A DNA stretch of 64,000 nt from the NCBI GenBank assembly GCA_964016885.1, contig OZ024761.1:16678001-16742000 (forward strand), read 5' to 3'. Below the pieces are notes generated by a model. The model made no database searches. It had not been told where the DNA came from and saw only the letters and a program-made list of their open reading frames with translations. Numbering within the stretch: position 1 is the stretch's first letter; the number at the start of each line of letters is the position of its first letter. The stretch comes from Eledone cirrhosa. Lineage: Eukaryota. Below are positions 51,083 to 64,000 of this stretch, piece after piece. Made by a program: the position numbers and the translations under genes.

Positions 51083-51271
51083 GGGCGGTGGATTGGCAGT
51101 ATCGGTAAAGGGTCGGACGCCATGCTTTGCAGCATAGTTACGTCCCTTTACGGTCTGAGTTCAAATCCCGCGGAGTTTGACTTTGCCTTTCATCCTTACG
51201 GGGTCGATAAAATAAAGTACCAGTAATGTACTGAGTATTTGCTGGCCTTGTGCCAAAAGTAGAAACAATTA
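51083..51271 (+). mobile_element. Type 1 SINE
   Basis: Near-identical to 11345-11534. Confidence 0.88.
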
Positions 51272-51477
51272 TATATATATATAATATATATATATAATTG
51301 TTTACGAAAACTGTTGATTACAAACTGTTTTCCATGTTTGATCAAATATGTATTGAAGACACCTCTAGTCAATCTTTCCATACATATATAAATAAAACCA
51401 CACACACACATATATAGTGCACATTTATACGGGAACAAAACAGAGAGGCAGACAAATAAAGGTTTATTAGGTTCACG

Positions 51478-51513
<36 letters not shown>

Positions 51514-54072
51514 TAATTGAGCACCTTCATTTACATCAAACTACCTCGTACTTGTTATTCAAATTCCCACCTAATGTTTTGATTTTGTTTGAAAATTTCC
51601 TGGAAATCCAATATTTTGTAAAGAATCGATCAACTTTTTACTATAAGTTAGCAAGTTTTCTGATTAATAATAACGAAATATTTCAATGAATGGATTATCT
51701 TGCCAGTAGAAAGTTTGTTTACGTTTTGTATTAAAATGTGCGATAATTATAAAGCAACAAGTTAATGCCTTTTTTATATATATGTTTCGATAAATTCGTT
51801 TTAAAACAAAAAGTTATTTAAACAATCAACGCACCCCCGCCTTTGTTCATATTTCCATGTGCCTCACTCTACCTTCAGCTAACACACGTGGCTATCTATG
51901 TATCTATATATGTTTCCTTTGGTATTTCCATTGCTGATACTATTTACCGATCTTAAATAAAGCACACCTCACCACCCGATCAAGGAATCGAACCCACGAC
52001 TTTATGATCAAACTCCAATCGAACACACTAACCAACTAAACTTATTTTTAAATAAATACAAATATACCCATTATTTTTTTTTTACTGTTTACATGTTGAA
52101 GTATTAAAATAAAGAAATCATGTTTTATAAGAAATAAACCGTACCAGGTGAGATCGGTTGGAAAGACTGAAATAAAATATCTTTGGTACATTAATGTCTA
52201 AAGATAAAGGAAATTGCTTTTGGTTTTTTCCCCTTCCTTCTTCCCCATTAGCAGAAAACGACACTGAGTGTCATCTCGTATCTATATCGAATATACACTG
52301 AGCTTTTCAATCGCTGATTATTGGGTGAACCGCCATTGTCGAATTACACACACAACATTGCATATTGACATCTGAATATCCCTATTAGTTTTAACGTCAA
52401 TGGTTTCATCGATTGATAACAGATCGAACATGGCTTAGTTTGCTATGCTTTTTTATTTGTGTGTGTTGTGTTTCACTAATTATGACAAATGACATCACCG
52501 GGTCATAATGACATTATTTGGCGACCCTAACACACACTATAGAGATATATTTGCCGACTGGACAGTTAAATTCTGATAGTCTGGAAACATTATTTTATTC
52601 TTTGATCGATTTCAGCCATGCTGGAGCACCCCCCCCCCGTTTAGTCGATCGACCCCAGTACTTATTTTTTTACAAGTCTGCTACCTATTTTAGCAATCAC
52701 TTTTTTTTTTGTCGAATCGCTAAGTTAGGGAACATAAACAACATTTATATGTAGAATTAGTACATCGTATCTCGTGTCTTAAGAATCGATTAAAAGGGTT
52801 TGCGTTAGGAAGGACATCCGACTGTAAAACATTGCCTCAAAAGATACCGTCCAACCCATGCTTCTGCAGTTTCCGTTTACCAAATTTCACTCACAAGGCA
52901 TTGGTCAACTCAAGGCCAGTCATTACCATCATCTCAACCATCGCCATTATCACCACCACCACAACCAACTCCATTATTACCACTGGCCCAATCTTTGCCA
53001 TTATCACCACGACCACCATCATTGCTATTACCACTGCCACAATCATCGCCATTATCACCACCGCAACCATCACTGCCACAATCTTCGCCATTATCACCAC
53101 CACCACCACCACCACAACCGTCGCCATTATCACCACCGCAACCATCGCCATTATCACTACCGCCATTTTTATCTTTTTATTTCTAGCTAAATTCTTCCAA
53201 TGCTCATCTCTCACTCTTATTGATTTCTGTGTGTGTGGGGTGGGAGAGAATGAATAACGAAATCTACCTCCATTACTGTTGTCTGTCCCCACAGGAAGGG
53301 ACTGTATGTAACACAGGCAGTCTTATTCCTTCTCCCACCAACACCGCCACCACCATCGACTTACCTAATGCTATTTGTCTCCTCCCACTTTTCCCCCGCG
53401 GTTCTTTTACTGACTTATATATACATTTATTTATTTATTTTTGAAATCACATAGATTTCGACCCCTTTTCTATACTCCTCCACCACATATACCTTACCTT
53501 TTTAAACCCTAAGCTCATTGTTTCGTATCGTGTTGACCTCCAGAAGCCCCCCCCCCCCCATCCTCCCCACACTTCCTAGAGATGATCCATTGTTAACTGA
53601 TGTATAAATATCTTAAATATTTAAATGTTATTGCGCATGTAAGTTGACCCGACCCGGAAGTCGCGGGTCAAGTCGAATCTACTTTCTTTTCCTATTTTTT
53701 TTTTCTTCAGCACTCTCTATTTATCTCTGACCTACTCGTTCTCTTCCTCTCTCTCACATACAAACACACACTCTCCCTCCCACTCCCGTGTCTCATATAC
53801 CCTCATAGTCCTCTTCACTCGTACACACATACACACACACTCCCTCCCTCTCTTTCTCTCACTCACTTATCTCCCCCTTCCTCGATAATGTCTGAAGTGC
53901 TTGGCTCTTGTTTTTTTTTACAGCCCACTTCCTTAATAAATGCTGCCTTGTTTATCAAGTCGAATGTTCCAACATTTGTATGAATGCATTATTACATAGT
54001 CGATCATTGCAATAACACACATGCACAGACACATGCAGTTTACATCGATGTATTACAAAGTCGACCACTGCA

Positions 54073-54197
<125 letters not shown>

Positions 54198-54449
54198 ACA
54201 CCCACACCCACTATAATATCGATTTTAATTGATTCCTCTTCACAGACCTCTATCATCTAGATAAGCTTAACTTGTATATTTAGTAACCAAGCACTGTAGC
54301 ACCAAAATTGCTATATATATATTTTTTTGTTCCAAAATGTTTGTGGTATATATCATCATCATCATCATCATTTAACGTCTATCTTCCATATATATATGGA
54401 AGATAGACGTTAAATGATGATGATGATGATGATGATATATATCACAAAC

Positions 54450-54480
<31 letters not shown>

Positions 54481-54484
<4 letters not shown>

Positions 54485-54776
54485 ACAGAACAAAGGAGAG
54501 GCACAAAAACAAAGAAAAGAATCCCCAGTCACTGAAGAGGTCACAGAATGTGTGACGAAAGAACTTTGACAATATATAAACAACCATCTGGTTGTGGAAC
54601 CAACCAACCAACCGGAAATTTATAAATTCCTAAATTTATAAATTTATTATAATAAATTGAAGTGAAAGCAACTGGTGCGTGTGTTTCTTATTGGCAACAT
54701 GACCCTCCCAAAGCATAACAATATCGGTTTCAACACACGTTTTCAGATAAAGAATCTTGCTAAACAAATTCAGAAA

Positions 54777-54779
<3 letters not shown>
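54481..54779 (+). mobile_element. Family C single-arm copy with tail
   Basis: Near-identical to ~8300-8609, bounded by (TA)n on both sides. Confidence 0.7.
54528..54570 (+). ncRNA. Hammerhead-like fold, same family as 8344-8388
   Basis: GTCA-CTGAAGA-G-GTCACA..TGTGAC-GAAA-GAAC-TT-TGAC. Confidence 0.6.
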
Positions 54780-54812
<33 letters not shown>

Positions 54813-56381
54813 ACACATACATACTTACCACTAACATTTATATATTTGTATTTTCAAAATGGCTTAAAATATATTTCCTTTGATAAAAGGTAAAGTTTAT
54901 TGAAACAAATTATTTGGTTAAATATTCTCAAGTTTAGTCTTCTAATTGTAAAACATCTTTAGTTTAGAATATATGATAAAAAAAGAAGCCTTTTAATTTA
55001 GTTTTTTTTTAGACATAACTACAGGTATTTTCCAATTAATTAACAATCTTAATGGTAGAAGGAAATTAACTAAAATGGTTGACATATTGGTTGGAAAAAA
55101 TTGCCTCAAAGCGAATTTTATGAGTATGAAGCCTATGGGACCTTTATCAAGGTGACTTTTCCTTTAGTAGGGGTAAAATGACCCTAAAAACACTTGCTGA
55201 TGCTTGATGGTAATATTGGTATAGCAGGAATATGGTGATCACCTATGGCTTGGACCATATCAATGTGGTGTATCTGTCTGTATTCTAGGTGATACAAGAG
55301 AAATTTGGGTCATGTAAGGACCTGTAACTCTCAATGTGGGTAGTGTAGTGGACACTTTATACCTGGAAGGAGACCATCTCCTCTCCAGGTATGAACACAA
55401 CTGATTTCTTCCAGAGAATGAGAGGGAATGGAAGTGAGAAAGAGCTTTAGCATTTACATTACTCAATATTTACTGTTATATTTTCACAGTAAAGGCTTTA
55501 CTCCATATACTTATCTTGCATAATATTGAAGCTATGAGATTTTGATGTTATTTATTTTGAGAACAATACCTTAATGTAGGTATGAGCGGCTGGCTACAGC
55601 TGGTTTGAACAAAAAGAGGTGAGAAAGTTCTGGCCGGATGCAGCCGGTTTAAATGTTAAAGGGTTAAAGGAAGAATTAACTCCATTGCTGGACCAAAACT
55701 TTTTTCTTTATCAATGTTGAAAGGATGAAAGGCAAATTTGACTACATCTTGGTTTGAACCCAGAGAGATGAGTTGGACAAGACAACATACAGAAATTTAT
55801 CAGTGTAGGGCAGTGGATTTGCAGTATTGTTAACGTCCTACCAGGCAGGGATGGGTTGTGCTTGAGTTTTATATCGAGTTGCCATTCCAGTTGCCAACCC
55901 TCTTGTGGTCACCTTATACAGCGCTCATAGAGATGGTCACAGATCATTATAATTTAACATCTGTTTTTCCATGCTGGCATGGGTTAGACGCGTTACATGT
56001 GGGGTCAGTATTTTAGCGGAGCTACTGTTTTACTACATAGATCAGGGGACCAAGTTTCTCTGGAATACTGTCCTGTTTTTGCACAGTCAGTGCAGTTTTA
56101 TGCACATTGCATATATAGTGATTTATTTTTTTTTACTTATATATAGTTTTTTTTTGGTATATAGAACAGTTAATTATGTTCAGTTCAAATTATATATCCC
56201 GATGATTATCTTTATAATTAATATTGGGTCAATAATAATAGATGTCACTGGGTTCACAAACTATTTCCATTATGTGGAATATTAAACATGATTAATAAGG
56301 ACATTTTAGGGTTCTTTTTTCAAATAAATGAAAGCTTTAAATCTTTTATTTAATTAAGCTTCATTATGGATACTTGTAGTA

Positions 56382-56569
56382 CTGAAAAGTTCATAGGCTG
56401 ACTAAGATGCTCTCATGGAATGACTAAATGAGGTTTATTTTTCAACATAGTCCCTGGAAAGAAACAATGCATTTATAAAAAGAGTTGAAAGTAATGCATG
56501 CAAGATTTCACAGCACTAGCATCACCCCTTCATAGTCAGCCTATGAACTTTTTCACCCGACCCTTCATA
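56382..56569 (-). mobile_element. Mariner-derived MITE
   Basis: Same TIRs and internal sequence as 41413-41599. Confidence 0.85.
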
Positions 56570-56814
56570 TGTAGGACATTCAATTGCAAAGATGGACACT
56601 TTTATATATTAATTTGTGTCTGTGTGTGTAAAATCGTTTTTACATCAACTCTTCCATGAACGGCATGGGTTGGATGGGAATTTTTCAGGCAATGTTTTAC
56701 TGTTGGATGACTTTTCTCAGACTAATCCATTTAGTTGCTTATTATGACATGCAGGGATGTGGTGTACTTAGTCTAAACTGGTTACACATGGCGTATGTGT
56801 ATGTATATATATAT

Positions 56815-57887
56815 GTATAGAGAGAGAGATAGAAAGATATATATATAGAGATGTATAGAGAGAGATAGAAAGATATATATATATAGAGAGAGATAGAAAG
56901 ATATATATATATATATAGATATAGAGATATATGTAGAGATATAGAGATATATGTATAGATATATAGATATATATATAGATATAGATATAGAGATATATAT
57001 AGATATAGATATAGAGATATATATAGATATAGAGATATATATAGATATAGAGATATATATAGATATAGAGATATATATAGATATAGAGATATATATAGAT
57101 ATAGAGATATATTTAGATATAGAGATATATATAGATATAGATATATATATATAGATATAGAGATATATATAGAGATATATATAGAGATATATATAGATAT
57201 AGAGATATATATAGATATAGAGATATATATAGATATAGAGATATATATAGATATAGAGATATATTTAGATATAGAGATATATATAGATATAGAGATATAT
57301 AGATATAGAGATATATAGAGATATATATAGATATAGATATATATATATAGATATAGAGATATATATAGAGATATATATAGATATAGAGATATATATAGAT
57401 ATAGAGATATATATAGATATAGATATATATATATAGATATAGAGATATATATAGAGATATATATAGATATAGAGATATATATAGATATAGAGATATATAT
57501 AGATATAGAGATATATATAGATATAGAGATATATATAGATATAGAGATATATTTAGATATAGAGATATATATAGATATAGATATATATATAGAGATATAG
57601 ATATATATATAGAGATATATATAGATATAGAGATATATATAGATATAGAGATATATATAGATATAGAGATATATATAGATGCATATATAGATATAGATGT
57701 ATATATAGATATAGATGCATATATAGATATAGATGCATATATAGATATAGATGCATATATAGATATAGATGCATATATAGATAGATATAGATATATATAT
57801 AGATATAGATATAGATATAGATATATAGGTATAGAGATATATATAGATGCATATATAGATAGAGATAGATAGATAGATAGATAGATA
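56815..57887. repeat. AGATAT-type compound satellite ending in (GATA)n
   Basis: Directly abuts the Tx1-like 3' end. Confidence 0.95.
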
Positions 57888-59843
57888 TGTTTCTTTTATT
57901 TGCCACAAGGGCATCAAAAGTGGGACAAGTACAATGGGGGGAGTTTACAAAACAAGGCGTCCTCAATAGGGAGGAGGCAATAACAATATATAAAAATAAA
58001 ATAAAATATAACAAAAAATAGAATTATAACAAAATCCTCAATAGAGGATTTTGTTATAAAATATAACAAAAAATAAAATTTATAACAAAATCCTCAATAG
58101 AGAGGAGGCGCCTTGGGGGGTCGCACACACCTCCCAAAAAAGTGTGCAACCCTTTTCCTCAGGAGCACAGAGAGGGGGTTCCTCGTTCCTTCCTCTTTTC
58201 CACCTACAGGCTTATCTAAAGAGAAGGCCCATTCACATGGGCCATTCTCGTCACTTTCACCCACCTTTCATAAAAACGACTGGGGTGCAGCACCTCTCTC
58301 TCCATCCTGATCCTTCTTCCGAAATGATATCGGAAGAAACGGACCAGTTGTTGGCCAGAGAGAAAGGTGCCTGACCTCAGTCCTTTCAGACGCGTCCACC
58401 ATACAACCTCTTTCGCCATGGCTATTACGCACAGAAACACCGCCTCTGCTTCATCTTTGAAGGGGGGAGGCGGCTTGATCATTACAATAGACTCGGTGGT
58501 CAACCGGATCGGTCCCACCCTTGACAGCAGTTGTTCGACATAGCCCCACAGATCGGCTACGCCCGAGCAGTGTACCAGTGCGTGTGCAACGGTTTCCTCG
58601 TCGCACACGCATCTGGGACAGATCTTTTTGGCGGGGTCCCTACCCGGGCGCCCGTGTCTGTAGAGCCTTTCTCGAACGGGTAAAGCTCCTCGGTAGCACT
58701 GCCAGGCCAGGGACTTTTGGAAGTTGTCCATCGTTCCCGGGCTGAATGTCTTACCGAACAGGCTGGCCAGTTCGTCCTCCTCCATGTCTAGGGCTTTTCC
58801 GAGGGCGTCGTCGCACCTGCTGCGTACCAGCCCTCTATAGAATGTTGCGGTGGAGTCTCCACTGATAACCGGATCCGCCTGCCAGAGGGCGGTGAGCGCC
58901 TGGGCACACTCCGTGTGCCAGGCGCCCAGTTTTCTCGGTCTTTGCTTGACCCAGGATTGCAGCTCGGTGAGTGAGACGAGTCTGGGAAAGGTTCGTCTCA
59001 CAAACGAGGCCCACACCGGTTGTCCGGTGAGGAATACGTAGAGGTGCCGTAGCCTTAATGCGTGTTTACGTATCATTAGCCACGGCATCCCCAGCCCTCC
59101 TTTCGAAGGGTGTTGACAGCAGATGGATCTCCTCACCATAGGAGCCCGCCTCTTCCAAAGGAATTGGAAGAGCGCGCGCTCCATCTTGGTGAGGGTTTCC
59201 CTTGGGCAGGGCACTACGGTCAGGCGGTAGTAGATGACGGACGCTATGTAGGTGTTCGCCACCTCCGCCCGACCTTTCAGGGATAGTTTGCAACTGGCCC
59301 ACTTCTGGGTCAGTGCAAACACCCTGTTCGTAACCTCCGCCCAGTTTTTCTCCACCTGGAGGTCCGGTCCGAACCAGACCCCGAGCAACTTCACCGAGCC
59401 CTCCGTCCAGCGTCCGACGACGCCATCGGAGGGCATCGGTCTGCCCCTCCACGTGCCGAGTTGCAAACCGATCGACTTGTCCCGGTTCAGCTTAGCCCCT
59501 GTGAACTTTTCGTACTCCTCCAGTAAGGTGCCGACCGCCTCGATTTCGGAGGCCGTCGACACCATTACTGTCACGTCATCGGCGTAGGCCGACACCGCTT
59601 TCCGCAATCCCGGTTCCAAAGGGATGCCCTGCAACAACTCCAACTTCCGCAGTAGTGGCTTGAGAGTCAACACATACAGAAGGGAGGAGAGAGGGCACCC
59701 TTGTCGGATGGACTGTGCGATTTTGAACGGCTCCGAGAGGTAGCCGTTCACCTTGACCCTAGAGCAGATGCGGCTGCTGTGCATAGCAGTGATCCAGCCC
59801 CTGAAAACGGGTCCGAAGCCTGCCGCCGCTAGCACCGCATCCA
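57888..59843 (-). mobile_element. 5'-truncated Tx1/L1-clade non-LTR retrotransposon
   Basis: RT motifs RQGCPLS and YADD, C-terminal CPRC..ET..H...HC; ~330-bp 3' UTR ending AATAAAAGAAAC into (TATC)n. Confidence 0.9.
58216..59835 (-). CDS. ORF2 fragment: C-terminal part of the reverse transcriptase plus zinc-binding domain, 539 aa open
   Basis: ORF track; [15 protein letters not shown] and YADD motifs; no endonuclease domain because of the 5' truncation. Confidence 0.85.
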   Translation of the reverse strand: MLAAAGFGPVFRGWITAMHSSRICSRVKVNGYLSEPFKIAQSIRQGCPLSSLLYVLTLKPLLRKLELLQGIPLEPGLRKAVSAYADDVTVMVSTASEIEAVGTLLEEYEKFTGAKLNRDKSIGLQLGTWRGRPMPSDGVVGRWTEGSVKLLGVWFGPDLQVEKNWAEVTNRVFALTQKWASCKLSLKGRAEVANTYIASVIYYRLTVVPCPRETLTKMERALFQFLWKRRAPMVRRSICCQHPSKGGLGMPWLMIRKHALRLRHLYVFLTGQPVWASFVRRTFPRLVSLTELQSWVKQRPRKLGAWHTECAQALTALWQADPVISGDSTATFYRGLVRSRCDDALGKALDMEEDELASLFGKTFSPGTMDNFQKSLAWQCYRGALPVRERLYRHGRPGRDPAKKICPRCVCDEETVAHALVHCSGVADLWGYVEQLLSRVGPIRLTTESIVMIKPPPPFKDEAEAVFLCVIAMAKEVVWWTRLKGLRSGTFLSGQQLVRFFRYHFGRRIRMEREVLHPSRFYERWVKVTRMAHVNGPSL

Positions 59844-59852
59844 GATAGATAT

Positions 59853-59892
<40 letters not shown>

Positions 59893-60090
59893 GTATATAT
59901 ATAGAGATATAGAGGTATATATATAGAGATATAGAGGTATATATATAGAGATATAGAGGTATATATATAGAGATATAGAGGTATATATATAGAGATATAT
60001 AGATATATATATAGAGGTAGATATATATATATAGAGGTATATATATATAGAGAGAGATATATAGATAGATATATATATATATAGAGAGAG

Positions 60091-60139
<49 letters not shown>

Positions 60140-60550
60140 TATATAGATATATAGATATATATAGAGAGAGATATATAGATATATATATAGATATATATAT
60201 ATATATAGAGAGAGAGAGATATATAGATATATATATATATATAGAGAGAGAGAGAGGGATATAGAGAGAGAGGGATATAGAGAGAGAGAGGGATATATAT
60301 ATAGAGAGAGAGGGATGGAGGGATGGAGAGAGAGAGAGAGGGATATATATAGATAGAGATATATATATATATAGAGAGAGAGATAGATATATATATATAT
60401 AGATATATAGAGAGAGAGGTATATATATATATATATAGAGAGAGATATATATATAGAGAGATATATATATAGAGAGATATATATATAGAGAGATATATAT
60501 ATAGAGAGATATATATATAGAGAGATATATATATATATATAGAGAGAGAG

Positions 60551-60581
<31 letters not shown>

Positions 60582-60598
60582 TATATATATATATAGAG

Positions 60599-60637
<39 letters not shown>

Positions 60638-60664
60638 TATATATATATATATATATAGAGAGAG

Positions 60665-60697
<33 letters not shown>

Positions 60698-60852
60698 TAT
60701 ATATATAGAGAGAGATATATATATATAGAGAGAGAGAGATATATATATAGAGAGAGAGATATATAGAGAGAGAGATATATATATAGAGAGAGATATATAT
60801 ATATAGAGAGAGAGAGATATATATATAGAGAGAGAGATATATAGAGAGAGAG

Positions 60853-60941
<89 letters not shown>

Positions 60942-60990
60942 TATATATATAGAGAGAGAGAGAGAGATATATATATATAGAGAGAGAGAG

Positions 60991-61021
<31 letters not shown>

Positions 61022-61588
61022 TATATATATATATAGAGAGATATATATATATATATATATATAGATATATATAGATATATATAGATATATATATAGATAT
61101 ATATATAGATATATATAGATATATATAGATATATATATAGATATATATATAGATATATATATAGATATATAGATATATATATAGATATATATATAGATAT
61201 ATATATAGAGAGAGAGATATATATATAGAGAGAGAGATATATATATAGAGAGAGAGATATATATATAGAGAGATATATATATAGAGAGAGAGATATATAT
61301 ATAGAGAGAGAGATATATATATAGAGAGAGAGATATATATATAGAGAGAGAGATATATATATAGAGAGAGAGATATATATATAGAGAGAGAGATATATAT
61401 ATAGAGAGAGAGATATATATATAGAGAGAGAGATATATATATAGAGAGAGAGATATATATATAGAGAGAGAGATATATATATAGAGAGAGAGATATATAT
61501 ATAGAGAGAGATATATATATATAGAGAGAGAGATATATATATAGAGAGAGAGATATATATATAGAGAGAGAGATATATATATAGAGAG

Positions 61589-61623
<35 letters not shown>

Positions 61624-62012
61624 TATATATAGAGAGAGAGAGATATATATATATAGAGAGAGAGAGATATATATATAGAGAGAGAGAGAGATATATATAT
61701 ATAGAGAGAGAGAGATATATATATATATAGAGAGAGAGAGATATATATATATATATAGAGAGAGAGAGATATATATATATATAGAGAGAGAGAGATATAT
61801 ATATATATAGAGAGAGAGATATATATATATATAGAGAGAGAGATATATATATATATAGAGAGAGAGAGATATATATATATATAGAGAGAGAGAGATATAT
61901 ATATATATAGAGAGAGAGAGATATATATATATAGAGAGAGAGAGAGATATATATATATATAGAGAGAGATATATATATATAGAGAGAGAGATATATATAT
62001 ATATATAGAGAG

Positions 62013-62043
<31 letters not shown>

Positions 62044-62242
62044 TATATATATATATAGAGAGAGAGAGATATATATATATATATAGAGAGAGAGATATAT
62101 ATATATAGAGAGAGAGAGAGATATATATATATAGAGAGAGAGAGAGATATATATATATATAGAGAGAGAGAGATATATATATATATATAGAGAGAGAGAT
62201 ATATATATATATAGAGAGAGAGAGAGATATATATATATATAG

Positions 62243-62283
<41 letters not shown>

Positions 62284-62320
62284 TATATAGAGAGAGAGAG
62301 AGATATATATATATATATAG

Positions 62321-62363
<43 letters not shown>

Positions 62364-62472
62364 TATATATATATATAGAGAGATATATATATAGAGAGAT
62401 ATATATATATATAGAGAGAGAGATATATATATATATATAGAGAGAGATATATATATATATATAGAGAGAGAG

Positions 62473-62505
<33 letters not shown>

Positions 62506-62556
62506 TATATATATATATATAGAGAGAGAGAGATATATATATATATAGAGAGAGAG

Positions 62557-62589
<33 letters not shown>

Positions 62590-62638
62590 TATATATATAT
62601 ATATAGAGAGAGATATATATATATATATAGAGAGAGAG

Positions 62639-62671
<33 letters not shown>

Positions 62672-62698
62672 TATATATATATATATAGATAGAGAGAG

Positions 62699-62789
<91 letters not shown>

Positions 62790-63450
62790 TATATATATAT
62801 ATATATATAGAGAGAGATATATATATATATATATAGAGAGAGATATATATATATATATATAGAGAGATATATATATATATAGAGAGATATATATATATAT
62901 AGATAGAGAGATATATATATATATATATAGAGAGAGATATATATATATATATATAGAGAGAGAGATATATATATATATAGAGAGAGAGATATATATATAT
63001 ATAGAGAGAGAGAGATATATATATATATAGAGAGAGATATATATATATATATAGAGAGAGAGATATATATATATATAGAGAGAGAGATATATATATATAT
63101 AGAGAGAGAGATATATATATATATAGAGAGAGAGATATATATATATATAGAGAGAGAGATATATATATATATAGAGAGAGAGATATATATATATATAGAG
63201 AGAGATATATATATATATATAGAGAGAGATATATATATATATATAGAGAGAGAGATATATATATATATAGAGAGAGATATATATATAGAGAGAGAGAGAT
63301 ATATATATAGAGAGAGATATATATATAGAGAGAGAGATATATATATAGAGAGAGAGATATATATATAGAGAGAGATATATATATATAGAGAGAGAGATAT
63401 ATATATATATATAGAGAGAGAGATATATATATATATATAGAGAGAGAGAG

Positions 63451-63513
<63 letters not shown>

Positions 63514-63544
63514 TATATATATATATATAGAGAGAGATAGATAG

Positions 63545-63587
<43 letters not shown>

Positions 63588-63600
63588 TATAGAGAGAGAG

Positions 63601-63671
<71 letters not shown>

Positions 63672-64000
63672 GAGAGATATATATATATATAGAGAGAGAG
63701 AGATATATATATAGAGAGAGAGAGATATATATATAGAGAGAGAGAGATATATATATAGAGAGAGAGAGATATATATATAGAGAGAGAGAGATATATATAT
63801 AGAGAGAGAGAGATATATATATATAGAGAGAGAGTTATATATATATATAGAGAGAGAGATATATATATATATAGAGAGAGAGATATATATATATATAGAG
63901 AGATATATATATATATATATAGAGAGAGATATATATATATATATAGAGAGAGAGATATATATATATATAGAGAGAGATATATATATATATATAGAGAGAG
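59844..64000. repeat. Compound (TA)m(GA)n satellite, over 4 kb
   Basis: Alternating TA and GA runs to the window end. Confidence 0.97.

Noticed and set aside
56742-57917. 391-aa Ile/Tyr/Ser ORF and similar YI/CV/HT ORFs across the track
   Set aside because: Translations of microsatellites

Overview
AT-rich, microsatellite-saturated metazoan genomic DNA, most likely an octopus or other coleoid cephalopod (inferred from the SINE/RTE repeat content, not proven). Three protein-coding loci lie on the + strand: the last 7 coding exons of CFAP251/WDR66 (242-7490); a complete 7-exon PIGL gene (12225-23523, 261 aa by my splice model); and a probable first coding exon of an unidentified gene (46997-47063). 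The rest is repeat: tRNA-derived SINEs, RTE-type LINE 3' fragments (one with a twin-priming-type 5' inversion), a decayed mariner with three derived MITEs, a young Tx1-like LINE embedded in TATC/GATA repeats, and many mini- and microsatellites. The most notable unexplained layer is several unrelated families of short non-coding elements sitting in (TA)n tracts. They are built as inverted arm + direct arm + unpaired tail, and many carry minimal type I hammerhead ribozyme folds, consistent with truncated Penelope-like/retrozyme-like insertions. A second pattern is a set of fold-back palindromes centred exactly on (TA)n. Nearly all ORFs in the supplied track are microsatellite artefacts. All homology calls are from memory of the families; no searches were run.
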